From assembly GCF_000015145.1 (NCBI RefSeq), contig NC_008818.1, positions 390,001 through 422,000 on the forward strand: a DNA stretch of 32,000 bases. Direction: 5' to 3'. The DNA is from Hyperthermus butylicus DSM 5456. Its GTDB lineage: Archaea > Thermoproteota > Thermoprotei_A > Sulfolobales > Pyrodictiaceae. Positions 17,584 through 27,414 of this stretch are shown here, one piece after another (position 1 is the stretch's first letter; each line of letters begins with the position of its first letter). Both the position numbers and the translations under genes were made by a program. The notes under the pieces were generated by a model. The model ran no database searches and was not told where the DNA came from. It worked only from the letters and a program-made list of their open reading frames with translations.

Positions 17584-17677
17584 ACTAACTCATACACCCA
17601 GCCCTAAATTTAGTGGGTGTGAAGGGGCAAGATTCAATAAAGAATCCCCGTTTAAGCATTGGCAGGGTTTTGAAGCC

Positions 17678-18193
17678 TTGCAGTCTACCGGTGAGCAGCT
17701 AAAGGATCGTATAGCGGGATGGCTAGCTGGTGCTGGCTTCATAGTAGTATCATTCCAGGGTCCACTGCCCTCGAATGCTGAGTGGGGCCTCCTGGTCTCG
17801 ACACCACCGCCACTGCAGGTAAAGTTGAGGGTTATGGGTCTCCGTGGCGGTGCAGTAACGCTCGGTATTGGCGTCAATATCTCTGAGCACCATAGAAAGC
17901 TCATTGAGGGGCTTAGCATCGAGGAGAGGGTTAGGCTTACAGCTAGCATGCTCGAGAAGCTCCTAATGCTATGCCCCTACTGTAGGGTAGCGCTGCAGGG
18001 TAGTCTCGGCAGTCCGGTAGGAATCATAGCCGAGATATACATTGACGGTGCAGAAGCAACCAAGCAGAGAATCGTCGATGATGCAGCTAGGCTTGTAAAC
18101 ATATTCCTACTCATAAACTCGATACTGTGGAAGAGGTTTCCAGCCACAAGCCCAGAGAGGAGCGGCACAGCTACACCCTCATCATTTATGTAA
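17678..18193 (+). CDS. Conserved-type archaeal hypothetical protein, possibly DUF2299/YbjN-like; probable TTG start at 17678
   Basis: The ORF track's earlier start (17444) lies inside kaiC-like on the opposite strand. In-frame TTG at 17678 gives MQSTGEQLKDRIAGWLAGAGFIVVSFQGPLPSNAEWGLLVS. Confidence 0.55.
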   Translation: MQSTGEQLKDRIAGWLAGAGFIVVSFQGPLPSNAEWGLLVSTPPPLQVKLRVMGLRGGAVTLGIGVNISEHHRKLIEGLSIEERVRLTASMLEKLLMLCPYCRVALQGSLGSPVGIIAEIYIDGAEATKQRIVDDAARLVNIFLLINSILWKRFPATSPERSGTATPSSFM

Positions 18194-18261
18194 CCACTAA
18201 AAGGGCCAGGAGGTACGCCTAAGTAGCTTAACCTTCACCCCCCCTCCTAGGGGTTTTCGTC

Positions 18262-19788
18262 TTGATGGAGGTAACCGTAGCTGCTGTCTACGTTGGCTTT
18301 CTGCTGCTAGCAGCAAAGGTTGCAGAGGAGTTTATGGAGCGTATCGGCTTCCCCAGCTTCCTCGGAGCGATCCTAGCGGGAGTAATCCTCGGCGAGGGAG
18401 TACTTGGAATAGTTCCTTCCGAGGCTATGGAGAGAGCTGCCATCCTCTTCATGATAGGTATAAACTTTACACTTTTCCTAGCCGGCGTAGAGGAGCTTTC
18501 AAACCCTGCAATGCTTATGCCTACACGGCAAGAGCTTCTATACGGCATACTTCTACTCGGCCTGCCAACCCTTACAGCCTTCTCCCTACTCTACTACATT
18601 GGTCTCGAGGCTAGTACTGCTGTAGGTCTAGCACTAATACTCGCGATTGTTAGTGTTGGCCCACTCGTAAAGATACTGATGGCCAAGGGAGGGATTGGTA
18701 ATAGGGAGATAAGTATCCTGCGAACAGCCCTTCTTAGCGAGCTTGGAGGCCTAGTAATCTTTAACGCTGTTGCAACACAAGGATTTAACCTTCTCCGCCT
18801 CCTAGAATCAGCTGTCTTTGTAGGCTTCATACTGTTTATTGGTAGACACTATCTCGATGATGTTCTCATGGCTGTTGAACGTTACGTTGCAGCTAGGGAG
18901 GCACCCTTTGCCATCGTGATAGCATTGATAGTCACTGCAAGCTATATAGCTGAAATAATGGGGTTTAACGCAGCTGTAACAGCATTGATCTTCGGTGCCT
19001 TCCTCTCAGAGTACATGATGCAGAGACCCCTTTACCTTGAAAGGATACGCGCATTAACCTATGGACTCTTGGAACCCCTCTTCTTCATAGGCATAGGACT
19101 CCAGGCGACACGGGTCGATATAGTCTCGCTAGCCTATGCATCAGCATTCTTCACGGCGGTATCAGCGCCAAAGCTCTACATTGCATGGCTTCAAGGGCTT
19201 CAGGGGCGAGAACTACTAGCCTTCCTAGCAAAGGGTGGTGTCGACGCCGCCTTGCTCTCAACAATGCTGCAGACGGGGAGAATTGGAGGCCAGCTATACA
19301 CGGCAACACTGGTAGCTATACTCCTCTCAGCAGTATCAGCTTCAGCCTCGGCACGGATCACTGAGCGTGCTCCCGAGGTACCGAGGCTAAGAGTGAAGGA
19401 TCTACCATTAGACCGTGACATAGTGAGAGAGGATACCTATGCAGACTATGCAGCCGAAATAGTGTCAAAGCGTGGTGCAGCAGTTGTAGTCGATGAGAAT
19501 CTTCATCCGGTAGGTTACATCGTTGCCGAGGACTTTGTCGGCATAAGCTCAGAGCTGCTAAGCCACATACCGGTGAAATTCCTGCTACGCATGGAGGTTC
19601 CGGTTGTCAGAGCGGACACCACTGTAGCTGAACTACTCTCAGATCCCTCAATACTCCATGAACCAATAATAGCGGTTGTCAACGACAGAGGCGAGATTAT
19701 AGGCACACTCAATGCCAGAAAGCTACTGCACGTCCTCCTACATCCCAAACACGGCAGACTGGAAGCAAAGGAGGGGGGAGAGACCTAG
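18262..19788 (+). CDS. Monovalent cation:proton antiporter (CPA2/Kef-type) with C-terminal CBS pair
   Basis: Multi-TM FPSFLGAILAGVILGEGVLG, GINFTLFLAGVEEL, MGFNAAVTALIFGAFLSEYM, then two CBS-like repeats from about residue 380. Confidence 0.85.
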   Translation: MMEVTVAAVYVGFLLLAAKVAEEFMERIGFPSFLGAILAGVILGEGVLGIVPSEAMERAAILFMIGINFTLFLAGVEELSNPAMLMPTRQELLYGILLLGLPTLTAFSLLYYIGLEASTAVGLALILAIVSVGPLVKILMAKGGIGNREISILRTALLSELGGLVIFNAVATQGFNLLRLLESAVFVGFILFIGRHYLDDVLMAVERYVAAREAPFAIVIALIVTASYIAEIMGFNAAVTALIFGAFLSEYMMQRPLYLERIRALTYGLLEPLFFIGIGLQATRVDIVSLAYASAFFTAVSAPKLYIAWLQGLQGRELLAFLAKGGVDAALLSTMLQTGRIGGQLYTATLVAILLSAVSASASARITERAPEVPRLRVKDLPLDRDIVREDTYADYAAEIVSKRGAAVVVDENLHPVGYIVAEDFVGISSELLSHIPVKFLLRMEVPVVRADTTVAELLSDPSILHEPIIAVVNDRGEIIGTLNARKLLHVLLHPKHGRLEAKEGGET

Positions 19789-20094
19789 AAAGGGGCTCTG
19801 AAGCGCCGGCCCCACAGCATCCCCCGGCCATAGTGCCGGGGTCTGCAAGCTGTATGATAGTGTTAAGTATCGGGGTCCATCTTCATCGCCCCATGACTCC
19901 TCGCTAATTGTGGCTCGGCGAAACTCTGAACAGTCACCGCCCAGCACGAGGGGCTCCTACTTGCCGGGTAGTCCTCACAGCCACCCCACTACGGTAGCTA
20001 AGGAGGCTTAATTTAGCCTAGGGCTTACAATGTGTAACCTGAAAATACCGAAGATGACTAGCCGTGCAAGGCCGTAGTGCTAGCTTTCTCGTAG

Positions 20095-21921
20095 CTAGAC
20101 TCCGGTTGGTGCCTCCTCCTCCTTTATCCTTCTCAGCTGTCTCTTATACATCTCGTAAAGCTCCTTTGTAGTGGTAGCATCCTCGGGGCCTTTGTCAGGC
20201 CTCCACCTTATGAAGCGCGGGAATCTTATTGATATACCCGCACCAGACTTGACCCAGCCATAACAGCATGTATGTATGGGGCTTAACGTTAGCTCTGCAC
20301 CAATGATCTCTGCCACGAGCGTAGGCTCCACCCACACGTCCGGCTTCATTTGGCTATCAACTCTTGCTGGTTTCTTGTCGCTGATGTAGGGTTTCAGCAT
20401 ATCGTCTAGACGTTCGAGGTCCTCGTCTGTGAAGCCGCTGCCAACCTTGCATACGCTCTTGAACGTGTCTGTGTCGGGGTCATAGGCCGCCATGAGCAGT
20501 GCTCCGAACTTGCCGCCGCGTCTACCCTTGCCGTAGAATGCACCTATGACTACTAGGTCTACCGTGTCGCTCATCTCGGACTTGTAGTCCCTCTTATACT
20601 TGATCCATAGCCAGCCCCTGGCGCCTGCCTGGTAGATGCTACGATCATGAATCGCCTTCGCCATTACACCTTCAGCACCATCCTCGATTGCCTTGAGGAA
20701 GAAGCTCTCCAGCTCCTGGGGATCGCTAGTTACTATGCCCTCGGCGATTCTCCAGGTGTCACTCTGCTCTATGATCTTTTCGAGGACCTCGTGGCGTGCT
20801 GGTAGGGGCTTCAAGGTTAGGTCTTCGCCGTTAACGTATAGCGTGTCAAAGAGGAATACTGCTACAGGTATCTCAGAGAGGACTGCATGTACATCTTTCT
20901 TCCTCCTGCGGTGCATGAGGACCTGGAATGGCCGGAACTCACCAGTCTCTGGGTCAATCGCTACTATCTCGCCCTCTACGATAGCTTCCTCAGCCTTTAT
21001 CCCCTTCTTAGCCATCTCAACAACATCTGGGTACATGTGGGTTATGTTTTCGAGACGACGGGAGAATATCCATATCTTATCGCCTTTCTTGTGTATTTGC
21101 GCCCTTTCACCGTCATACTTGTACTCTACTAGGGCACGGCCGCCGAGCTTCTTTATTATCTCGACAGGATCGTTGAGCCTCTCTGCGAGCATTGGCCTTA
21201 TCGGGACTCCCACCTCCGGCTTTATGTTCTTGAGAGCGTCTATACCTTGTGTTGCAAGTATCTTAGCCACCATGCCTAGGTCTGCCCGGAGATTGTAAGC
21301 CCTCTCAACAACACTCCTCATCGCCGCACTGCCGCCGTAGACTACTGCTAAAGCCTCCATAATGGTGGCGTCGCCCACACCAAGCCTTAACCGTCCCTCA
21401 ACAAATCTTGCAATGTACTTTGCCTCGCGCGGACTAGCCTCCGCGAGGAGACCCGCCAGCAGCTTGAGCTTGATATCTCTGCTACCCTCACCCTGAACCA
21501 GCGCTATTCTTGCAAGAGTGTCGTACACCTTCTCCACAGTTAGCGTGCTCTCGCCGCCAGAGGGCTTCTGCATGAAGGCTAGGAGGCCCACTGCCTTCTG
21601 CTTTTGCTGCTTCTCCCGTTTAATCATCTCAATAGCCTTACCGGTGTCCCCCAGCTTCTTTACAAGCTGCTCTATCTGCTTCTCGGATACGTGGAGGGCT
21701 ATGGAGGCCGCCTTTATCAACATCTTCTCGCCAATGCCAAGCTCTGGTAGGCCCTTCCAGTCGGGCCACAGCTTGCCCTGGATGAAGTAGACAACCTTGT
21801 CTATAATCTCTGGCGGCGTCTTCTTGAAGAGTTCTACAAGATATAGTAGCATTTGGGTTCTAGCTGTAACCCTTTCAAGCTTCTCGAAGGTTTCCGCAAG
21901 CACTGAGAAGGGCATAGACAT
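20095..21921 (-). CDS. lig: ATP-dependent DNA ligase, archaeal type
   Basis: Active-site VEYKYDGERAQIH, EAIVEGEIVAIDPETG, EGVMAKAI, GWLWIKYKRDY. 608 aa as expected. Confidence 0.97.
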   Translation of the reverse strand: MSMPFSVLAETFEKLERVTARTQMLLYLVELFKKTPPEIIDKVVYFIQGKLWPDWKGLPELGIGEKMLIKAASIALHVSEKQIEQLVKKLGDTGKAIEMIKREKQQKQKAVGLLAFMQKPSGGESTLTVEKVYDTLARIALVQGEGSRDIKLKLLAGLLAEASPREAKYIARFVEGRLRLGVGDATIMEALAVVYGGSAAMRSVVERAYNLRADLGMVAKILATQGIDALKNIKPEVGVPIRPMLAERLNDPVEIIKKLGGRALVEYKYDGERAQIHKKGDKIWIFSRRLENITHMYPDVVEMAKKGIKAEEAIVEGEIVAIDPETGEFRPFQVLMHRRRKKDVHAVLSEIPVAVFLFDTLYVNGEDLTLKPLPARHEVLEKIIEQSDTWRIAEGIVTSDPQELESFFLKAIEDGAEGVMAKAIHDRSIYQAGARGWLWIKYKRDYKSEMSDTVDLVVIGAFYGKGRRGGKFGALLMAAYDPDTDTFKSVCKVGSGFTDEDLERLDDMLKPYISDKKPARVDSQMKPDVWVEPTLVAEIIGAELTLSPIHTCCYGWVKSGAGISIRFPRFIRWRPDKGPEDATTTKELYEMYKRQLRRIKEEEAPTGV

Positions 21922-21997
21922 GCTCTACCATCCCGAGTTAGAATAAATTCCGGGTAAACCCGCTAATTAGCGTGGAGGCAAAACCGGGCCCTGCAGC

Positions 21998-22510
21998 CTA
22001 GCCAAGCCGGTACCGGTAAACCCTCTCAACAAGCTCTGGAGGCCGAAGGGGGCTCTTCTCTGGATCCCTACCCTCAATATCCACGACTATTCTCCGGTAG
22101 ATGCTCCAAACCTCCTGGTAGCCCGGCTTCCCCTTTAGCCCGCAGTAGAGGAGCCTCACATTGACAGCTTCTACCCGGTGTCCCACATCAGGGTTTAGAG
22201 CCTCTACCACGACTAACTCAGCCTTAACGGGCTCTAGGCTGTCGAGGCTTGGCGGTTTACCGGGATACCTAGCATAGTAAACTTTGACCCTGCCTGACTC
22301 CACCACCTCTAGGATCTCGAGCCCCTCCAGACCATCTAGCTTCGAGTAGACATCAACCGATAACAATACACATCCATTCCCCGCTGGTATGACTAGAACC
22401 CTGCGAAAGGTCTCGTACCAGTACTCGGCAACCCCCATCTCAGCCTCAACAATCTCTGGCTGCTCAGCTGCCGGAGGCACGCTCAAGACGCCTACACCCA
22501 TATCAGCCAT
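21998..22510 (-). CDS. Hypothetical protein, 170 aa
   Basis: Open frame directly upstream of lig on the same strand with no competing frame. No family recognised. Confidence 0.55.
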   Translation of the reverse strand: MADMGVGVLSVPPAAEQPEIVEAEMGVAEYWYETFRRVLVIPAGNGCVLLSVDVYSKLDGLEGLEILEVVESGRVKVYYARYPGKPPSLDSLEPVKAELVVVEALNPDVGHRVEAVNVRLLYCGLKGKPGYQEVWSIYRRIVVDIEGRDPEKSPLRPPELVERVYRYRLG

Positions 22511-22637
22511 GCCTAGCCCTGGAACAAGCTAAAGATAATATCAACACAGTAACAGCCCAGAGAAGCAACGAGCCCGCAGAGAAGTAAAACCATAGCCGTG
22601 ACGCTAGCTGCGTGGTGGCTTGCTGCAGAAAGAGGAG

Positions 22638-22892
22638 CTACATTTGCCGACGACGCTGCTGTATAATCCACGGCGTTATCGGCTGCAGCTCTCTGCCACA
22701 GAATGGACAGCGGTAGTGGAGCCTCCTGGCATCGGCTGGACAGAAGTATGCCTCGTACTTGTCCTTACAGTAGGAGCACGCATATATTATGTCGAGTGTA
22801 ACATCCAGCTTGCGCGCACAAATCCTACACTTTACCTCGACCCATCCGAGGTGTCCAACAGCATTAATCCCCTTGAGCCCTGCTGTTGACAC
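22638..22892 (-). CDS. Small zinc-ribbon protein
   Basis: Four CxxC or near-CxxC knuckles: VKCRICARK, ACSYCKDK, FCPAD and YRCPFCGREL. Minus-strand TATA-like GTTATAAC at 22930-22937 is correctly spaced. Confidence 0.6.
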   Translation of the reverse strand: MSTAGLKGINAVGHLGWVEVKCRICARKLDVTLDIIYACSYCKDKYEAYFCPADARRLHYRCPFCGRELQPITPWIIQQRRRQM

Positions 22893-23039
22893 TATCTACA
22901 CCCCGGCCTGCCCAAGCACCGGGTGGAAGGTTATAACTGTAGTTGTGCCCATCCCTCAACCCGGCTGTGCTGTGAGGAGAGCGCTCTTCGCCGACCAGTA
23001 CATGGGGATAGTGGCCGGGATTACCGAGCACAGCCACTT

Positions 23040-23708
23040 CTAGCCTAGCCTCTGCGTTCTAACAACAACAACCCCCATTTCCAGGTCTACGAGAGCTATT
23101 GCGTAGCGACCCTCTGCTAGCGAGCCTGGGTTAACGACTGTGACTCCCTCAACGCTAGCTACACCCCAAGCTTCGTGTATATGGCCTGTTGCAGCTAGCA
23201 GAGGCCTAGCCTCGGCTAGGGCTTTACGGACACTTTTACTACCAACGTATTCGCCGCCCCGAATCCTGTCTAAACCGCTAGCGTAAGGTGGTGAATGTGT
23301 AACAAGTACGAGGCGAGCATGACGCCCAGCGACGCTATTGAACGCCTTGCTGAGTACAGCTGCTACCTCATCCTCCCCCATCTCAAATGGCGTGGAGAAG
23401 GGCGTAGGAGTGGAGCCTCCAACACCCACAAACACCAAGCCGTTTACCTCGACGACGCGTCCGTGGACGTTAAATGTGTTACTAGGCCCAGTATAGTCAG
23501 CCAAGCTTCTTGCATCACAATTGCCTGGCACCCAGACCACTGGGGCTCCCTGTGCAGCAAGAATCTCCAGCACCCTAGCAGCCTCCTCGACCGAGCCACA
23601 ACGGGCCAGGTCACCAGCCAGGACTACTATGTCACGCTCGATTGCTGCAAGCTTCTCCAGCTTCTTAAAGGCCGCATGCACATCGGATATTATGAGTAGG
23701 CGCAGCAT
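23040..23708 (-). CDS. Metallophosphoesterase (calcineurin-like)
   Basis: LIISDVHAAFKKL, VVLAGDLARCGSVEEA, VWVPGNCDARS, LVTHSPPYASGLD, AATGHIHEAWG. Confidence 0.93.
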   Translation of the reverse strand: MLRLLIISDVHAAFKKLEKLAAIERDIVVLAGDLARCGSVEEAARVLEILAAQGAPVVWVPGNCDARSLADYTGPSNTFNVHGRVVEVNGLVFVGVGGSTPTPFSTPFEMGEDEVAAVLSKAFNSVAGRHARLVLVTHSPPYASGLDRIRGGEYVGSKSVRKALAEARPLLAATGHIHEAWGVASVEGVTVVNPGSLAEGRYAIALVDLEMGVVVVRTQRLG

Positions 23709-23750
23709 AGCAGCCCAACCCCCTCTGGCGGTTAGCCACGAGCCCGGAGA

Positions 23751-25442
23751 CTATGGTATGGATCTTATAGTCTCATATGCTCTGACAATATCCTTCTTGG
23801 TTATTATCCCGATAAGCTTCATGGACTCGTAGTTCTCTACAACAGGTAGCCTGCCGATACCGTAGCGTAGCATTTTCCTAAGCGCATCTGCTAGCGAGTC
23901 GTCGGGCAGAACTGCGATGACGCTTCTAGTCATAGCTTCTTTGACCTTTACTTTTCCGAGTTCACTATGCCGATAGCGTAGGACGTCACTCAGAGTTATC
24001 ATGCCAACAACTCTACCGTCAACAACTACAGGGAATCCTGTATGGTGTGTCTCGGCTGTTAGCTCTATTACACGCTTCAATGGATCGTCGGGCCTCACCA
24101 CGACAACGCTTCTCGTCATTATATCACGGACCTTGATCTGCCTTAGCAGCCTTTCACCCAGCTCTCGTAGGAAGTAGGGAGAGTCGGCACGCGTGTTAAC
24201 CTGCTTCTCGTATATCGAGTCCTGGCCAGAGACGACATAGGAGAGTGTTACAGCTACGACCGATGGCACTATTAGCTCGTAGCCTCTTGTTATCTCGGAG
24301 ACTATTATGATCGATGTAAAGGGCACCTTGCCAGCAGCAGCAAAGAACGCAGCCATGCCGACCACGGAGAACGATGCTATCGTGGCTGGATTGTCCGTGT
24401 ATAGTTGCGCGAATGCAGCTCCGAGCATACCGCCTATGAAGAGTGAGGGGGCAAACACTCCTCCAGAGCCACCAGAAGCTATGCTAAACGCATTGGTGAG
24501 CATCTTGCCTATTATCGCAGCTACAATAACTGGTAAAGCTAGCTTGCCTAGCAATGCTCTTTCGAGAAACGGATAGCCTTGGCCTAGTGTATGGGGCAAT
24601 AGCAGCCCTATAAACCCGGCTACAAGCCCGCCAAGAGCCGGCTTCAACATGACAGGTATTGGCAGCACCTTGAAGGCGTCACGTATTTCGTAGAAGAGCC
24701 TAACGTATACTTTTGCAACGAGACCTGCAACTATACCGAGAACCGCATAGAGGACTAGTTCGAGAGAGCTTTGGAGTCCGACCTCGGGAAGCCATAGGAG
24801 CCGCCCCGACCCGAGAATTGTAACCGAGGCCACGTAGGCTACTATGGATGCCACTCCCAGGGGAAGAATAGCTTCTACCTCCATGTCACGCTTATAGGGT
24901 ACCTCTAGAGCGAACAGCATTGCACCTAGTGGAGCCCGGAAAACGGCACTAATTCCACCTGCAACACCTGCAAGGACTAATAGGCGACGCTCATTCCTCG
25001 TAAGATGGAGTATGTCTGCCAATACACTGCCGAATCCAGCCCCTATGAGCGCTATTGGACCCTCCTTCCCTGCACTCCCACCAAGGCCTATGAGGGCCGA
25101 GGATGCAGCAAGCTTAACCAGTGGCACCCGTGGCCTTATAAACGCGCCACGCCAATGGAACGCCTCCAGCACCGAGTCCGTGCCATGACCCTCTGCTTCA
25201 GGTGCAAACATGTATGTCAGCAAGCCGGAGGCTAGCCCGCCAAGGGCCACCAGTAACGGCAGTACCAGTGATGGCTCCGAAACCTCACCCTTTATGAGGT
25301 CTATACCACTATATTCCGCGAATAGCTCTGCTATAACCTCGATACCAACCGTTAAGAGTGTACCCGCAAGCCCTGAGACTACGCCGACAAGTGTACCTAG
25401 CATAACCCACTTTTCGAGTGAGGGTATACGAAGCCTCCTCAT
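23751..25442 (-). CDS. ClC family chloride channel/transporter with C-terminal CBS pair
   Basis: GLGGSAGKEGPIALIGAGFGS, GGSGGVFAPSLFIGGMLGAAF, AAFFAAAGKVPFTSIIIVSEITRGYELIVP, and two CBS domains (IKVRDIMTRSVVVVRPDD, VKVKEAMTRSVIAVLPDD). Confidence 0.93.
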   Translation of the reverse strand: MRRLRIPSLEKWVMLGTLVGVVSGLAGTLLTVGIEVIAELFAEYSGIDLIKGEVSEPSLVLPLLVALGGLASGLLTYMFAPEAEGHGTDSVLEAFHWRGAFIRPRVPLVKLAASSALIGLGGSAGKEGPIALIGAGFGSVLADILHLTRNERRLLVLAGVAGGISAVFRAPLGAMLFALEVPYKRDMEVEAILPLGVASIVAYVASVTILGSGRLLWLPEVGLQSSLELVLYAVLGIVAGLVAKVYVRLFYEIRDAFKVLPIPVMLKPALGGLVAGFIGLLLPHTLGQGYPFLERALLGKLALPVIVAAIIGKMLTNAFSIASGGSGGVFAPSLFIGGMLGAAFAQLYTDNPATIASFSVVGMAAFFAAAGKVPFTSIIIVSEITRGYELIVPSVVAVTLSYVVSGQDSIYEKQVNTRADSPYFLRELGERLLRQIKVRDIMTRSVVVVRPDDPLKRVIELTAETHHTGFPVVVDGRVVGMITLSDVLRYRHSELGKVKVKEAMTRSVIAVLPDDSLADALRKMLRYGIGRLPVVENYESMKLIGIITKKDIVRAYETIRSIP

Positions 25443-25640
25443 GTCTCTAGTCGAGCCTCCACCTCCGCCAGCTTGTTTGAAAGCTCCTTGCCGCGCCCTC
25501 TCTGGCCAGCCAGGTGTATGTACTCGTCTAGCGGGTAGCCCCCTCTTACGGTTTCACGGTGCTGCCTTTGCAGCACCTGCACAAATCAGCTTTAAATACC
25601 GATGATATTAACCGGGGCATTGTGAGGTGGAGGATGGGGC

Positions 25641-26210
25641 TTGGCATGGCGTAACATAATGTCGTCTGTCTTCTCAAAGGTTCTAGACCACGTGGTGGAG
25701 GCTTGCATCCGGGGAGAAGACGAGAAGGCATGTAAGGAGGCGCTTTTAGCTGCGGCAGACACGCTTTACACACCACTAAAACCCGTGGATACGGGTCTAG
25801 GCGTTGCCAGGATGATAGCCTCAAGGCTAGCAGCAATAGCGGCGAATGCCGTGCTACAGTTAGCTAGGAGTGAGAGTAAGGAGGCAACTATCCGAGCTGC
25901 ATACGAGCTTTTGAAGGAGAGCCGCGATGACGATGTCAATGATCTTGTGAAGAAGCTGTTAAACGAGGCTGGAGCTAGTATCTATGAGCCAGCAGTTTCG
26001 CGTGAAGCCAGGGAGTCCCTCTTCAGCGACCTCAAAGCCTACTTCGAACCCGAACAGCCACAGCTCGTCCTCCGGCGCAGGAGGATACCAAAGAGGTCTG
26101 CCGACCCATTGCAGAGTCTTAGGAGGCTCTTGAGAGAGCTAGGACGGCAGGACCCCATACTAGCCAGGCAGCTATCCATGGAGCTGAAAAGGAGAGGTGT
26201 AAGCGTCTAA
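25641..26210 (+). CDS. Hypothetical protein, 189 aa, probable alpha-helical (TTG start, GGAGG ribosome-binding site)
   Basis: TATA-like CTTTAAATAC at about 25591 and GGTGGAGG at about 25626-25633, 8 nt before the TTG. Ends converging on the THUMP gene. Confidence 0.6.
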   Translation: MAWRNIMSSVFSKVLDHVVEACIRGEDEKACKEALLAAADTLYTPLKPVDTGLGVARMIASRLAAIAANAVLQLARSESKEATIRAAYELLKESRDDDVNDLVKKLLNEAGASIYEPAVSREARESLFSDLKAYFEPEQPQLVLRRRRIPKRSADPLQSLRRLLRELGRQDPILARQLSMELKRRGVSV

Positions 26211-27310
26211 GATTCTTCCTCCTCAGAGGCAAAATAGTCATGGACAACACTTACGACAGCTATGACTGCCGCAGCAGCAGCGTATTCTGTCGAGAGGGTT
26301 ACGCCCGGCGCAAAGTCTAGTACGAGGTTTGCAAAGCGGTATACACCCTCAGGTATGCCCTCCCTAGACCCAAACAACATGTTTACCCGACGGCCACTAC
26401 GGAGAAGCTCGTAGAGGTCCTTGGCCCGCTTCGAGACCGGATCTCCCTCAGGCTCGAAGACTATTATGGGTTCGTTGAAGCGGCTCCTAACAAGCTGGTA
26501 TAGATCCTGTACATAGACGGGGACCTTGTATACTTGTCTACCATAGCTCTTCACTTGCACCTGGTACCTAGACTCGATACCCTCGAAAACTCCTTCAAGG
26601 AATGTTTTGAGCTGGAGCGCATCAACAAGCCCTATAGGAGCTATGACGAGTTCTCCCACCTCGAAGTTCTGCACCTCTCTACCTATCCTCACACCCATCG
26701 TCTTGCAAGCATCGAGAGGGCCTAGGTAAGGCATCTGCACTATAGCTATGCGGCGCAGCAGCTTGTAGACGGGATACTTGCCTGGCCGCATCTTCTTCCA
26801 CTCCTTGGAGCCGGGATAGAAGGCTATGAATGCCCGGTCAGCAATTATCTCAACAGCAACAACCTTGTCGGGAAACCTCAGGTTTACCCGTGCACCAGTA
26901 GCCCTCCTAACAGCATCGCCCACGACCACGTTTACGTCTATGCTTGTAAAGTTGTGGCGCCCACGCCTAACAGTCCGAACAGCAAAGGTTTCATTGCTAG
27001 AGATGTACTGCGGCGCTAGCTCCGCTGCAACCCTAGCAATCTCACGGGGATCCGCAGGCGCACACCCTTCAATGACGACGATCTTCTCTGCCTCTGGAAT
27101 ACGCTTCTCTAACTCCTCAGCCACCTTGTACTTGTCGCGGGAAGGCCTAACCAGAACCAGGCCCTTAAACCCACGCGGCGCAGGTATAACCTCTGCACCC
27201 GGATCAATCTCGGCTATATAGCTCGCTGCTACGCGCTCCATACCAAGCACAGTTTTTACAAGAATGTAGTCACACCGGCCGCCAGCGCCGCTAGACAATA
27301 CCCAACCCAC
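26207..27310 (-). CDS. THUMP-domain protein with SPOUT methyltransferase-like C-terminus (predicted tRNA/rRNA modification)
   Basis: THUMP-like ETFAVRTVRRGRHNFTSIDVNVVVGDAVRRATGARVNLRFPDKVVAVEI. C-terminal NMLFGSREGIPEGVYRFANLVLDFAPGVTLSTEYA resembles the SPOUT knot. Confidence 0.7.
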   Translation of the reverse strand: MGWVLSSGAGGRCDYILVKTVLGMERVAASYIAEIDPGAEVIPAPRGFKGLVLVRPSRDKYKVAEELEKRIPEAEKIVVIEGCAPADPREIARVAAELAPQYISSNETFAVRTVRRGRHNFTSIDVNVVVGDAVRRATGARVNLRFPDKVVAVEIIADRAFIAFYPGSKEWKKMRPGKYPVYKLLRRIAIVQMPYLGPLDACKTMGVRIGREVQNFEVGELVIAPIGLVDALQLKTFLEGVFEGIESRYQVQVKSYGRQVYKVPVYVQDLYQLVRSRFNEPIIVFEPEGDPVSKRAKDLYELLRSGRRVNMLFGSREGIPEGVYRFANLVLDFAPGVTLSTEYAAAAAVIAVVSVVHDYFASEEEES

Positions 27311-27349
27311 CCACAGCTAAGGCCTGGGAATTGTATGCCAGGGAAAGAA

Positions 27350-27369
27350 CTCAGCATTGAATAGCTGAG
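27350..27369 (-). terminator. Possible terminator or structured element downstream of the S3ae gene
   Basis: CTCAGC-(8 nt)-GCTGAG perfect 6-bp inverted repeat followed on the minus strand by TTCTTT, located after the S3ae stop. Confidence 0.3.
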
Positions 27370-27414
27370 GAATTTAGGAGTAGGCTTGTAATGGGAAAAT
27401 GTTTGGACAGAGCG

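Noticed and set aside
17444-17677. N-terminal 78 codons of the 17444-18193 ORF
   Set aside because: They overlap the kaiC-like gene's 5' coding region and its promoter. The in-frame TTG at 17678 is a more sensible start.
20693-21298. 201-aa plus-strand ORF antisense to DNA ligase
   Set aside because: Lies fully within lig, which has clear catalytic motifs. Long antisense ORFs are frequent here because of codon bias.
25546-25836. 96-aa minus-strand ORF at the start of the 189-aa protein gene
   Set aside because: Antisense to a better-supported ORF with TATA and ribosome-binding site. No recognisable domains.
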